Below, one piece after another: positions 1 through 11,571 of a stretch of DNA of 64,000 bases. The stretch lies in the NCBI RefSeq assembly GCF_009914755.1, contig NC_060930.1; one strand, written 5' to 3'. The notes below the pieces were generated by a model. That model ran no database searches and had not been told where the DNA came from. It saw only the letters and a list, made by a program, of their open reading frames with translations. The stretch comes from the human T2T-CHM13v2.0 reference genome, Homo sapiens. Each line of letters opens with the position of its first letter. The stretch's first letter is position 1. A program made the translations under genes and the position numbers.

Positions 1-56
1 ACACAAGGTCAAGGTGGGTAGAGCAGACAAGCCTGCGTTTCTCAGTTTCTCATTAG

Positions 57-875
57 CCTATTCAGGCAGGTGCCTCAGTGGGTAGAGGAGACCCAGCTCG
101 TGCTTCTCATCAGCCTATTTGGGCAGGTGCCTCAGTGGGTAGAGTAGACCCAGCCCCACTTCTCATCTGCCTATTCGGGGAGGTACCTCATTGGGTAGAG
201 GGGACCCAGCCCTCACTTCTCATCTACCTAGACAGGCAGGTGCTTCAGTGGGTAGAGGAAACACAGCCCCCACTTCTCATCTACCTAGACAGGCAGGTGC
301 CTCAGTGGGTAGAGGAGACCCAGCCCCCACTTCTCATCTACCTAGATGGGCAGATGCTTCAGCAGGTAGAGGAGACACAGCCCCCACTTCTCATCTACCT
401 AGGCAGGCAGGTGCCTCAGTGGGTAGAGGAGACCCAGCCCCCAATTCTCACCTGCCTATTTGGGGAGGTACCTCATTGGGTAGAGGGGACCCAGCCCCCC
501 ACTTCTCATCTGCCTAGATGGGCAGGTGCCTCAGTGGGTAGAGGAGACCCAGCCCCCACTTCTCATCTGCCTATTTGGGTAGGTACCTCATTTGGTAGAG
601 GAGACCCAGCCCCCCACTTCTCATCTGCCTAGATGGGCAGGTGCCTCAGTGGGTAGAGGAGACCCAGCCCCCACTTCTCATCTGCCTAGATGGGCAGGTG
701 CCTCAGTGGGTAGGGGAGACCCAGCCCCCACTTCTCATCTGCCTATTTGGGGAAGTACCTCATTGGGTAGAGGAGACCCAGCCCCCACTTCTCATCTACC
801 TAGACAGGCAGGTGCCTCACTGGGTAGAGGAGACCCAGCCCCCACTTCTCATCTACCTAGATGGCAGATGCCTCA
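57..875. repeat. Minisatellite, ~57-bp unit, ~14 copies
   Basis: Unit GGGCAGGTGCCTCAGTGGGTAGAGGAGACCCAGCCCCCACTTCTCATCTGCCTAGAT recurs at 56-58 bp spacing; the ORF track shows a 19-aa period; a degenerate copy extends to about position 10. Confidence 0.95.
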
Positions 876-1820
876 GGTTTCACTTCCGCCGAGCCAAGAC
901 CCTCTAATCCACAGCTCACCTCCAGAGTGGCATAAAAGCTTCCCCAATTAGTGAAGACAGTGAGAGCCGAAATAGGAATCAATATTCCAGGCAAACCCTG
1001 ATTTCACACACACAGAATGAGAATATGCTGGAGCTTGCCTCTCAGGCAACTGGAGTTAGCTCTGGGCAGACCACCTGCAGAGCCGCGCGACTGGACAAAG
1101 CCATCGCTAAACCCTGCCCTTAATGCCAATATTTGTGGAGTGATCATTAATGGTTCTGCATTACCTGGTATCCCAGCCTCAGTGCAACCTAATACACTGC
1201 AGCTGCGCAGAGCAGGCAAAGGCGCCGGCAGCCCATTGTCTAAGAAAAATAGTTGGAATGCATTCGAGATAAGCAGAAGCCGTGCAGGCACTAGCGCCGG
1301 GGGAATGAATTAGGTAATGGGAGCCCCATCACATGCAGGGGATCAGGGTGCCTGGAGCAGAGCCAGGAGACCGCACGCAGATCACCAGTGTGTGTCTGCG
1401 GGCTGCGGAGGCCATGGCCAGGGTCAGAAGTTACACGGAGAGGAGCGCATGAGCCTGCTTATGCCGCCAGGAAGCCGAAGGACTTGGCCACAACAGGAGC
1501 AGCTAACATTTGTCCCATGTTGGTGAGCTGGGCCCTGGCCAGATTGTCCTGCATTCCGTGAGCCGGGCCCTTGCCAGAGTTTGCCTCCATTTTTTATTTC
1601 ACTGCTGAGAAAACACAGGGGCCAGGTACTTCATCAAGCCCATTAAGAAGATACAGACTTGAGTCAGAGGAGGAGTCAAGGGCTGAGGCCGCAAAGCTGT
1701 GGCCAGGACTTGAATCCAGGCCGGTGGGGTGTAGCCGGCAGGTTCAATCACGTGCTCGTCCCGGCCTGTCTCACGTGGGCCCGGAAGGCCGGGGTGAGAA
1801 CAAGATGTCTGGGGCTTTGA

Positions 1821-1962
1821 GGGGTGGGAGGAATCCGCGGGGTGGGGCTTTTGCCCTGCCCAGGGCTGCTGTGTGACGTGGGACACCCCAGGGGCGGGAG
1901 AAATCCATGGGGTGGGGCTTTTGCCCTGCCCAGGGCTGCTGTGTGACATGGGACACCCCAGG
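1821..1962. repeat. Two-copy 70-bp tandem duplication
   Basis: GGTGGGGCTTTTGCCCTGCCCAGGGCTGCTGTGTGAC..GGGACACCCCAGG at 1841 and 1911. Confidence 0.9.
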
Positions 1963-2643
1963 CTACCAAGCGTGACTTGGGTCATGGGACCGGACCTCTC
2001 CCTCCAGCAGCTGCAGATCTGAGAGCCACACTTCCCTGGTAGTGCCAAGCAAGGGGTCCTAGCAGAGGGAACCGTGGCACCTCAAATTCCACAGTCCACC
2101 CTACCCGAGGCCACCTCTCAAGTCAGCTTGCCCCATAGGGTGCAGCCATGACCACACAGACACACCCTCTCCCTCACCAGACCTCGAAGGAGAGGCGCAC
2201 AGCCTCATATGGCTCCCATAGATGTAGAAAGTTCCAGAACACAAATCACACACCCGGAGACCATTGCTGGGTGAGCAGTGGAAGCTACTCTAGGCCAGCG
2301 GTTTCCAAAATGCCCTGTGAATTTCCTGCCACCTCTCAGTCACCGCGGAGCTTCGTAGAGCTGCAGACTCTACCTCCACATCCCACACCTCTGCTGCCCA
2401 AGGGTCAGCACTGGCCAGCTGGAACTTGGAATTCTCTCATTTCAGAAACGTTTCTACCTTAGAAATGATGGCTTCCCACCGAGAAACAAGCAGTGCGCAC
2501 CACAGCTGCCGTCTTCCTCCGCACCAATGTGCACGAAACAAAGGCTAATAAAACTCACATGTCCGTGGGCACTGTAAGTACTTCCGTCATAAATGCTACA
2601 CGTTCCACACATCCGACCCTTTGCTTTCCTCTTTATCTAGATC

Positions 2644-2802
2644 TAGGACCTGCAAACTTGTTCTGTAAAAAGCCAGAGAGCGTGAGCCTCAGGCTTCCTG
2701 GGTAGACAGGTCGGAGGGGAGGGAGCGGGCAGCGTCCAGTGAAACTTCATTTACAGAAACGGCCATGGCCAGGTTTCGCCCTAGGGCCGTTGCCGACCCC
2801 TG
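2644..2802 (-). mobile_element. MER58A-like hAT-Charlie MITE, internally deleted
   Basis: Ends TAGGACCTGCAAACTTGTTCTGTAAA... and ...TTGCCGACCCCTG, plus internal AAACTTCATTTACAGAAAC, match the recalled MER58A consensus. Confidence 0.75.
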
Positions 2803-3299
2803 AAATTGCGGGAAGCTTTTTTCCTCCGTTTGCTGGAGACGCCTTTCCCTCAAGACAAGGTGAAGATTGCAGTGCAAGCTGCGTCTTCCTTCTTGGTCTT
2901 TGGAGGAGGGTGAGAGGAGCCCCACTCTCTGCCAGCTCCTCCCCTTCCTGCCGGAGCCGGCCTTTCTGACCCGAGCCTCCACCGCACACATCTGTGCCCT
3001 CAGATCCCTGCCTGCCTCCTCCCGTCACGGCCCCTCCCGCTCCCACTCGCAGAGGCCAGAGCTCGCCGAAGCCCAGACACCGCCAAGGGCGCCTGTCCCT
3101 GGAAGTGCAGGGAGCTGCTGGGCTGGAGGGAGCCCAGTGTGCGCCCCCACGGAGGCCATCACCACGCAGGCTACGTGGGCAGGCTATGTGGGAACCAGGC
3201 CCACGGTGTCCCCGGACAGCTCTGAGTTGATGATAATGGTGACTCTGCGGGAGGACAGAAGACAGCGGATAACAGCCCCGAGGGAGGGGCAGCAACACC

Positions 3300-4700
3300 A
3301 GCTGCGGGCCGGAAAGGCAAAGGCGGCCGCCAGCCTCACAGGTGCACTGGGAGGGGAAGAGGCTCACACAGCCCCCGCTCGCCCGGGCCTGGGGACGTCT
3401 GAGTGGAGCCTCCGCCCGGGCCTGGCCAGCGCCCTGCTCGCTTTGCCCTCGGGGCGTGTGGAGCCCCCGGCACGCTGGCTTCTCTCTGGGAGGCCACCCA
3501 GATGGCCGGCCCCTACCCCGTCCGTCCACCCTTTGCTTCTCTAAAGGCCCAATTCAGAGCCCGTCCCCTCCACAGAGCCTTCTCCGGGAGCCCCGCCACC
3601 CCGGGCTCTTCCTTCTCTCGTGAGTCTCCTGCTGCTGCGTGTGCGGGGCCCGCCTGCGGCAGGCCTTGGGCCCCTACTTCGTGTGCGCGGGAGGAGCTGG
3701 TGGGCACCTTCCCAAGAGCGGGGACCTCGCCTGAGTGCTCACGGCTCCCCCTCCAGTGCCGCGCAGGGCTGGGCACAAAGCCAGCACCGACACCCTGGAC
3801 ACCTTGGGCTGGTCGGCGCTTCGTCTCCTGCCACCGGCTCCTCAGACCGCGCCCTCCCCGCGGACTTTTCTCCCACTTGACTTGATCAGCACCGTCCTCC
3901 ACCTGCTACTCAACGCGTGGCCCCCGGACCAGCGGCGCCAGCATTGCAGGGGCGGCACCCGCGAGACACCGGATCCACGGCCTCGCCACCTACGGGGTCA
4001 GAAACGGACGCCACGAGACCCCGGGGGCCTCCGTGCCAGCAGCACCGGGTCGCCAGCCCGGGCCATTGCGCACAGGGACGCTGACGACGACTCGCCCGCG
4101 ATGGAAGAAACGGTGAGATAACAGTGCGGGACCTGGCGACCCGCACCCGCGGCCGAGCCCGAGCGCACCGGAGCCGGAGAGATCACAGCCCTTGCCGAGG
4201 CCGGGATTCCGGTGGCTCAGGACGCTGAGAAAGCGCAAGTCCTTCCCGTGGTCCAGGCGTCGGGGCTCCAGCCACGTCCCCCGACCTCCGCGCGCCGAGG
4301 CCCGAAGGACCTGGGGATCCTGGCGCGTGGTTCTCGGGGCGCTCCGGCCCTGCGGCCACCGCCGCCCTGCACGGCCCTTCCAGCCCCAAGTCGTCCCACG
4401 CGGAACGATGCTGAGTTTCGCAAGTCCTGGGCGGGAGGAGCGTTGAGCTGTGGCTCTCATTTGAGTCCTTTAGAACACGCTCCTTCATGTCGGATTCTCC
4501 CGAAGTGTCTCGGGCTGTTTTGCAGTTTTGCTGAATCGGATGGCAAACGCCCAGGACTGTGGGAGGGAAATAACAGGATGACTCGGGGATCATTAATCCC
4601 AGCCTGGTGAGAGCGACGCCGGCGAGACAAGGCCAGGCCCATCTGCCGAGCTGCCCTCTCGCAGCCTTTTACTCCAGGCGAGCGTGTTCGCTCCCTCTGC
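3300..4700. promoter_or_regulatory. CpG-island-like region (no associated gene recognised)
   Basis: Very high GC with dense unrepeated CpG, especially 3900-4450; no recognisable coding exon. Confidence 0.75.
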
Positions 4701-5734
4701 CCCTCAGCTTCAGGCCCGTTTCTGAGAAGCAATAGGAAACTCGCAGGCCATAAAAAACGCACAGGCCCGTCCCGAGCCCTTCCTGTGTCCTAAAAATACA
4801 GCGCGTCCCTGCAGTAGCTATTTTGGAAGGAGCCAGCAGAGTGTTTCCTGCAGATGAAAGGCCCCGAGGCGCCATAAACAGGATCTCAGACCCGGACTCT
4901 TTTTGGAATGAGGTCAGAGCCCCAGGGACCAGACCAGGCGCTGCAGAGGCCGGGGCCCAGGGCAGACGCCTGCTCCAAGGAGCACCTTTTTGGGGGGTCG
5001 GGTTGAGGGGGTGGTGTTTTTGTTTTTATTAGTTTTATTTTGTTTTGAAATTCAAACTAACTCAGAAAAGGCGGGGCGTGAAGAAACGTGTAGGATGAGG
5101 AAAGAGAACTTGTGAGCCTTAAGAGCTGCCCGGCGCCGTCTTACCAGGCCTCGCCCGGCCCGGCCCTGGCCCTCAGTTCCCTGCCAGGGTTGGGACTTAA
5201 GGGAGATCTTATGACCTAGGAAATCCATTCACTGAAATTGGGGGTGGGGAGGGGGAGCCCGGAGCCCCGCAGCCTCAGAGGCTCTCGCTTCACAGTGGGG
5301 AGCCAGGACTGGGAGGAACAGGCGGGAAGGAGGAACAGGTGGGAAGCCCCTTCACAGGCTCCTCCTGGGATTCCCCGGCAGGGGCTAAGCTGATCCTGCA
5401 AGAGTTATGCCGGCCCCTTCTCAGAGACAAAGCTCACACTGCACGGTGCTCCAGGTGCTCCAGGGCCCCAGGATCGGGGGGGCCTTGGCCTTGCCCCGGA
5501 GAGAGAAGAAGGACCAACGGTGGCTGTCCTGAGTGCCTGCCGTGGCCCCACAAACAGCAGCACAAGCATTCAGAGGGCCACCAGGTGCAGGCCCACGGGG
5601 TTGCAGGTGCTGCGTGCCCTCGGGGTCCTGTCCATCCATAAAAAGCTGCTTCACTTTTCCATGTGTCTGCCTGGCCATCAGTAGAGACAGAACAGTGACT
5701 GCAGCCCCCAATCCCCTTGAGCCACAGAGAGCGA

Positions 5735-6850
5735 CAGTGACCTTGAGTGTGGAGAGCAGCGGTGACCTTGAGCGGGTGGAGAGTGGTGGTGCCCTGGCTG
5801 CACGTGGAGACCGGTGGTGCCGTTAAGCCGTGGAGAGCTGCGGTGACCTTGAACGAGTGGAGAGCAGCAGTGCCCTTGAGCATGCAGCGAACTGCAGTGC
5901 CCTTTAGTACATGGAGAACGGCGGTGCCCTTTAGTACATGGAGAACGGCAGTGCCCGTGAGCACCTGGAGAACGGCGGTGCCCTTGAGCACGTGGAGAAC
6001 TGCAGTGCCCTTTAGTACATGGAGAACGGCGGTGCCCTTGAGCACCTGGAGAACGGCAGTGCCCGTGAGCACCTGGAGAACAGCGGTGCCCTTGAGCACG
6101 TGGAGAACGGCAGTGCCCTTTAGTACATGGAGAACAGCAGTGCCCGTGAGCACCTGGAGAACAGCGGTGCCCTTTAGTATATGGAGAACGGCGGTGCCCT
6201 TGAGCATGCAGCGAACTGCAGTGCCCTTTAGTACATGGAGAACGGCAGTGCCCTTTAGTACATGGAGAACAGCAGTGCCCATGAGCACCTGGAGAACGGC
6301 GGTGCCCTTGAGCACGTGGAGAACGGCAGTGCCCTTTAGTACGTGGAGAACGGCGGTGCCCTTTAGTATATGGAGAACGGCGGTGCCCTTGAGCATGCAG
6401 CGAACTGCAGTGCCCTTTAGTACATGGAGAACGGCAGTGCCCGTGAGCACCTGGAGAACGGCAGTGCCCTTTAGTACGTGGAGAACGGCGGTGCCCTTTA
6501 GTACATGGAGAACAGCAGTGCCCGTGAGCACCTGGAGAACGGCAGTGCCCTTGAGCACGTGGAGAACGGCGGTGCCCTTTAGTACGTGGAGAACGACGGT
6601 GCCCTTGAGCACGTGGAGAACGGCGGTGCCCTTTAGTACGTGGAGAACGGCGGTGCCCGTGAGCACCTGGAGAACGGCGGTGCCCTTGAGCACGTGGAGA
6701 ACGGCGGTGCCCTTTAGTACATGGAGAACGGTGGTGCCCGTGAGCACGTGGAGAACGGCAGTGCCCTTGAGCACTCGGAGAACGGCAGTGCCCTTTAGAG
6801 GTGAGAAGTGGCAGTGCCCGTGAGCGCGCAGTGAGCGGCGGTGCCCTGGC
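5735..6850. repeat. Minisatellite, 27-bp unit, ~40 copies
   Basis: Unit GAGCACGTGGAGAACGGCGGTGCCCTT with variants; 9-aa period in ORFs on both strands. Confidence 0.97.
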
Positions 6851-7199
6851 TGCACCCTGTGTGTGTCCTGCACCCTCTTCCAGCTCCAGGCCAGGGCCCC
6901 TGACCGTCCTCCCAGAAGCCTGGGCAGACCCAACCTATTTCTGACTCCCTCACTTAAGCCATTCTGCGAGCCTCTTGCTAACCCTGACCAGCTCTTCACG
7001 CTGCGTGTTTAAACGTCCCGAGCCTGTGGCCTTCTGGCACTTCCATAGCTGCACACACTTTGATCCTTGTTGAGATTCTACAACCCTGGGTGTGTGGACT
7101 CCCAGCTCGGATGTGCTAAGCCTGAGGTAATACTCTTGCAGAAAAACATCACGTGCACAGGTACTCTTTACGTCACTATCAAATGTAGTGATTTTGATG

Positions 7200-7330
7200 T
7201 TTATTTTTTAATTGACAAAAATTGTATCTGTGGAGACTGACTATATCAAGCTTATCAACACCTCCGCCACCTCATGTACGTGTGTGTGTGGTGAGAACAT
7301 TTACAGTCTACTCTCAGCAAGGTTTAAGTT
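7200..7330 (-). mobile_element. L1MA/L1MB-class LINE 3' end, left piece (split by Tigger3b)
   Basis: TTTTTAATTGACAAAAATTGTAT...GTGGTGAGAACATTTACAGTCTACTCTCAGCAA resembles an antisense L1MA/MB 3' UTR; the element continues at 9359. Confidence 0.7.
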
Positions 7331-9358
7331 CAGTCACCCCACATAATGAGTTTTCAGTCAGACCACATATATGACTGTGGTCCCATAAGACTCCAATCGA
7401 GCCGAAACATTCCTATCATCTGGTGACATCACAGCCATGATTACGTCACAGCACAACGTGTCGCTCCGTGCTTGCGGCAGCACTGGTGACTGGTGTAAAC
7501 AGACCCGCTGCACTGCCAGCCGTATGAAAGTCTCGCACACAGAATCATATATGGTACATAACTGGTAATAATGGTGCATAACTGGTAATGATATTAAGCA
7601 ACTATGTTACTGGTTATGTATTCACTATACTATATTTGTATTATTATTTTAGAGTGTACTTTTTCTACAAACAAAAGTTAACAGTGAAGCAGCCTCAGGC
7701 AGGTCCTGCAGGAGGTGTCCAGAAGAAGGCCTTGTGATCACAGGAGGTGACAGCTCTGTGCATTCATCACGCTGAAGACCTGCCACTGGAACAAGGTATG
7801 GAGGGGAAGACGGCAATCTTGATGATCCTGAGCCAGTGCAGGCCTAGGCCAATGTGTGTTTGTGTCTTCATTTTTAACAAAAAAGTGTAATAGGCTAAAC
7901 ATTTGTTTAAATTAAAAATATAAAAAGGATATAAAGAAAATAATTGTGTACAGCTGTATAATGTGTGCTTTAAGCTGAGTATTATTACAAAGTAATCTAA
8001 AAGTCAAAATATAAAAGCCTATAAAGTAAAAAAGTTACAGTATACTAAGGTTAATCTGTCACTAAAGCAAGAAATTTTTAAATAAATTTGGTGCAGCCTC
8101 CACGTGCAGTGTGTATAAAGCCTACAGCAGTATACGGTCATGTCCTGGTCTTCCCACTCACTCCCCACTCACTCACGGAGTCACCGGAGCAGCCTGCGTG
8201 TGCAGTGTGTATAAAGCCTACAGCAGTATACGGTCATGTCCTGGTCTTCCCACTCACTCCCCACTCGCTCATGGTCTCACCGGAGCAGCCTGCGTGTGCA
8301 GTGTGTATAAAGCCTACAGCGGTGTACGGTCATGTCCTGGCCTTCCCACTCATTCCCCACTCACTCATGGACTCACTAGAGCAGCCTGCGTGTGCAGTGT
8401 GTATAAAGCCTACAGCAGCACGGTCATGTCCTGGCTTCCCACTCACTCTCCACTCACTCATGGACTCACCGGAGCAGCCTGCGTGTGCAGTGTGTATAAA
8501 GCCTACAGCAGTATACGGTCATGTCCTGGTCTTCCCACTCACTCCCCACTCGCTCATGGTCTCACCGGAACAGCCTGCGTGTGCAGTGTGTATAAAGCCT
8601 ACAGCGGTGTACAGTCATGTCCTGGCCTTCCCACTCATTCCCCACTCACTCATGGACTCACTAGAGCAGCCTGCGTGTGCAGTGTGTATAAAGCCTACAG
8701 CAGCACGGTCATGTCCTGGCTTCCCACTCACTCTCCACTCACTCATGGACTCACCGGAGCAGCCTGCGTGTGCAGTGTGTATAAAGCCTACAGCAGCACG
8801 GTCATGTCCTGGCTTCCCACTCACTCTCCACTCACTCATGGACTCACCGGAGCAGCCTGCGTGTGCAGTGTGTATAAAGCCTACAGCAGTATACGGTCAT
8901 GTCCTGGCCTTCCCACTCACTCCCCACTCACTCATGGACTCACCGGAGCAGCCTGAGTGTGCAGTGTGTATAAAGCCTATAGCAGTGTATGGTCATGTCC
9001 TGGCCTTCCCTCTCACTCTCCACTCACTCATGGACTCACCGGAGCAGCTTCTAGTCCCGCAAGCGCCATGCATGGCAAATGCCCTGCACGGGGCCACTAT
9101 GTTTTGTCTTTTATAATTGCATTATTTCTACTATACCTTTTTTCTATGTTTAGATACTCAAACACCATTGCGATACAGTTGCCTGCATTATTCAGCACAG
9201 TAACCTGCTATCCAGGAGCAATAGATTCTACCCCTAGCCTAGGTGTATGTTGGGCTACACCGGCTATGTACACGTCTCTCCGTGATGTTCGCACAATGAT
9301 GAAATGGCCTAAGGATGCATTTCTCGGAACGTATCCCCGTCGTTGAGCAACAGGACTG
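7331..9358 (+). mobile_element. Tigger3b (Golem, TcMar-Tigger) DNA transposon with internal VNTR
   Basis: Begins CAGTCA...GACCACATATATGACTGTGGTCCCATAAGA; has the AGCCTCAGGCAGGTCC..CAGGAGGT..CCAGAAGAAGGC core; ends GAACGTATCCCCGTCGTTGAGCAACAGGACTG, matching the recalled Tigger3b consensus and terminal inverted repeats. Confidence 0.9.
8093..9048. repeat. Minisatellite, 96/93-bp unit, 10 copies, inside Tigger3b
   Basis: TATAAAGCC anchor occurs 10 times (about 8114 to 8969) at 96- or 93-bp spacing. Confidence 0.97.
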
Positions 9359-10228
9359 TGCACAATACATTACTGTTAACTAGAGTCCACACATCATACA
9401 ATAGAGCTCCAGAATCCATTCGCCGTACCTGACTGAAATTTTGTGCTCTTTAACCAGCATCTTCCAATTCCTCATCCCGCTGGCCCCCTGGTAATTTCTT
9501 TTCCACTCTGCTTCTACGAGGGCGACTGTCTTGGATTCCACATGTGAGATCACGAGGTATTTGTCCTTGTTTCTGGCTCATTTCACGTAACAGGACATCC
9601 ATCCACATTGTCGCAAATGGCAGGATTTTCCTTGTTGAAGCTGAATCGTTTTCCACGGTGTGTACGATCCACATTTGCTCCGTTCACCCACTGATGAACA
9701 CTTAGGTTGGTCCTGTACTTGGCTGTTGTGAAGAGGGCTGTGGAGAACAAGGGGGCAGGTGTCTCTTCAAGACACTGATTTTATTTCCCTTGAATGTTCA
9801 CCCAGAAGTGGGATTGCTGCATCGCATGGCTGGGTATTTTTAGGTTTTTGAGGAAGCACCAGACTGTTTCCACAATGGCTGCACCAATTGACATCCCCGC
9901 CGTGTGCAGGGTTCCCTCCCCACACCCTCACCAGCACTCACTTTTGTCTTTCTAAAGACAGCCAGCCTAACAGGTGAGAGGCAATATCTCATTGCAGTTT
10001 TGACTTGCATTTCTCTGATAATTATTGATGGTGAATCTTTTAAAATATATCTGTTGGCCATTTATATGTCTACTTTTGAGAAACATCTATTCAGATTTTT
10101 TGCTCAGTTTTTTCAGGCAAGTTATTTTGTTTTTGCTATTGAATTGTATGAATTCTTCATATATCTTAGATATTAACTCCTGATCAGATAAATGGTTCAA
10201 AAATACTTTCTCCCATTCCATAGGTTGT
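9359..10228 (-). mobile_element. L1MA/L1MB-class LINE fragment (3' UTR and ORF2 end), right piece
   Basis: CCCAGAAGTGGGATTGCTG, CTGTTTCCACAATGGCTGCACCAATT and TTTTGACTTGCATTTCTCTGATA are antisense L1 hallmarks; ORF 9840..10061(-) gives the L1 ORF2-like peptide IIREMQVKTAMRYCLSPVRLA. Confidence 0.9.
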
Positions 10229-10439
10229 ATCAATAGATAGTGATTAAAAAAAAACGATAATGGTACTTAGGAGTTTAATTTCCTTATCACTGTGAACATT
10301 CAGAATACTGGGAGCCAAAATCATATTCTCCAGAGAAGGAAAAATGGCTAGATCACATCTAAAAGAACTGGAGTTAAAACAGCCCTGACCCTAAACCCAG
10401 GAAGGGCGGGAATCAGGGTCAGCCTCCCCGGTGGCGGCA

Positions 10440-10837
10440 CGTGCCGTGGGTGATGCCAGAGTGTACCACCTCCCCCCGTCCCCAGGATCTCCCTAAAACT
10501 CATAACCCCGGGGTAACCCTGAAAAAACATCAGACAAATGCAAATTCAAAACATTCTACAAAATACTCAGCCAGTACCCCTCAAAAGTGTCAAACTCATG
10601 AAAAACCAAACACAAAAACAAAAGACAGAAATTGCCACAGCCAAGGGGAGCCTGAGGAGGGACGAGGCACCGAGGCCCCTGGGTGGCTCCTGGGGTGCAG
10701 GTCACAGGATGTCCTGACCATGCTCACTGCTGAACACAGGGCGTCTGAGTGGGGCTGTGAGGGAACCCCAAACTGTCTTTGTGACTTTTCTAAAAACCTA
10801 AAATTATTCCCAAATAAAAAGTTTATTTTAAAAAAAT
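10440..10837 (+). mobile_element. L1MC/L1MD-class 3' UTR fragment
   Basis: AAAACTCATAACCCC...AAACATCAGACAAA...ACATTCTACAAAATAC and terminal TAAAATTATTCCCAAATAAAAAGTTTATTTTAAAAAAA. Confidence 0.7.
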
Positions 10838-10889
10838 AGCATTGGTCTTATAAACAGCCATAGTAAATGCCTACAAAAGATCACCTGAA

Positions 10890-11060
10890 AGTTATGAGAA
10901 AAAAATTATTTCCATCAAGAGGTTTATACCAAGAAAACTACTAATGAAGTCTGAGGCCAAAACAAAGATATTTTTCAACACACAAGGACTCAAAAAATAT
11001 TCCTCCCATACAATTCTCCTTAGGAAAATACTGGAGGATGTACTCCGGCAGAAAGAACGG
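10890..11060 (+). mobile_element. Ancient L1ME/HAL1-like ORF1 remnant
   Basis: AAAGATATTTTTCAACACACAAGGACTCAAAAAAT..CCTCCCAT...ACTGGAGGATGTACTCC resembles an old L1 ORF1 C-terminus. Confidence 0.5.
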
Positions 11061-11571
11061 ACAACTTGAGAAAGAGCAGCTGTGGAATTCGGTAAACAGC
11101 CTTGCCTGGGGTGGTCGGGGGCTCAGGGGACCTCAGGGGCAGCGAGGGGGAATGCAGACGGGAGCTCGCCGAGCCACAGAATCCCTGCCAGGCCTTCCAC
11201 AGACCTGCAGAAGCGTTTGCAAAAATGCACTGGTCAGTGCAGAGAGATCTAGGAAATGAAACTGACTCGATTAGTAGTCCAGGAACAAGCTAAAGGTTGT
11301 GCAAAGACGTGATGACAGTTCCCTCCGTGGCTCAGCTGTGAGAGCCCCATGAGCCTGGTGCACCCAGAGCCACGGTGCGCCTTCAGTGAGGACGGGGAAG
11401 GCTCCTGCTACTGCAAGAGTTAAGTCACCAACATTTGAACATGCAAACAGGCATTTACTGTGGAAAATGTATAAACAGCACATTATTCTTAAAGGTTACC
11501 TCTGGGGTGCAGAACTGGGGCTGCGAGGGGAAGGGACAGAGGGCTGCTGGTTTTAAAACTTTTTAAGAAGA

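Noticed and set aside
5950-6700. REST/RE1-like look of TTGAGCACCTGGAGAACAGCGG
   Set aside because: Both half-sites mismatch at key positions and the spacing is non-canonical.
5434-6999. 521-aa and 358-aa ORFs on opposite strands
   Set aside because: Product of a 27-bp (9-codon) tandem unit.
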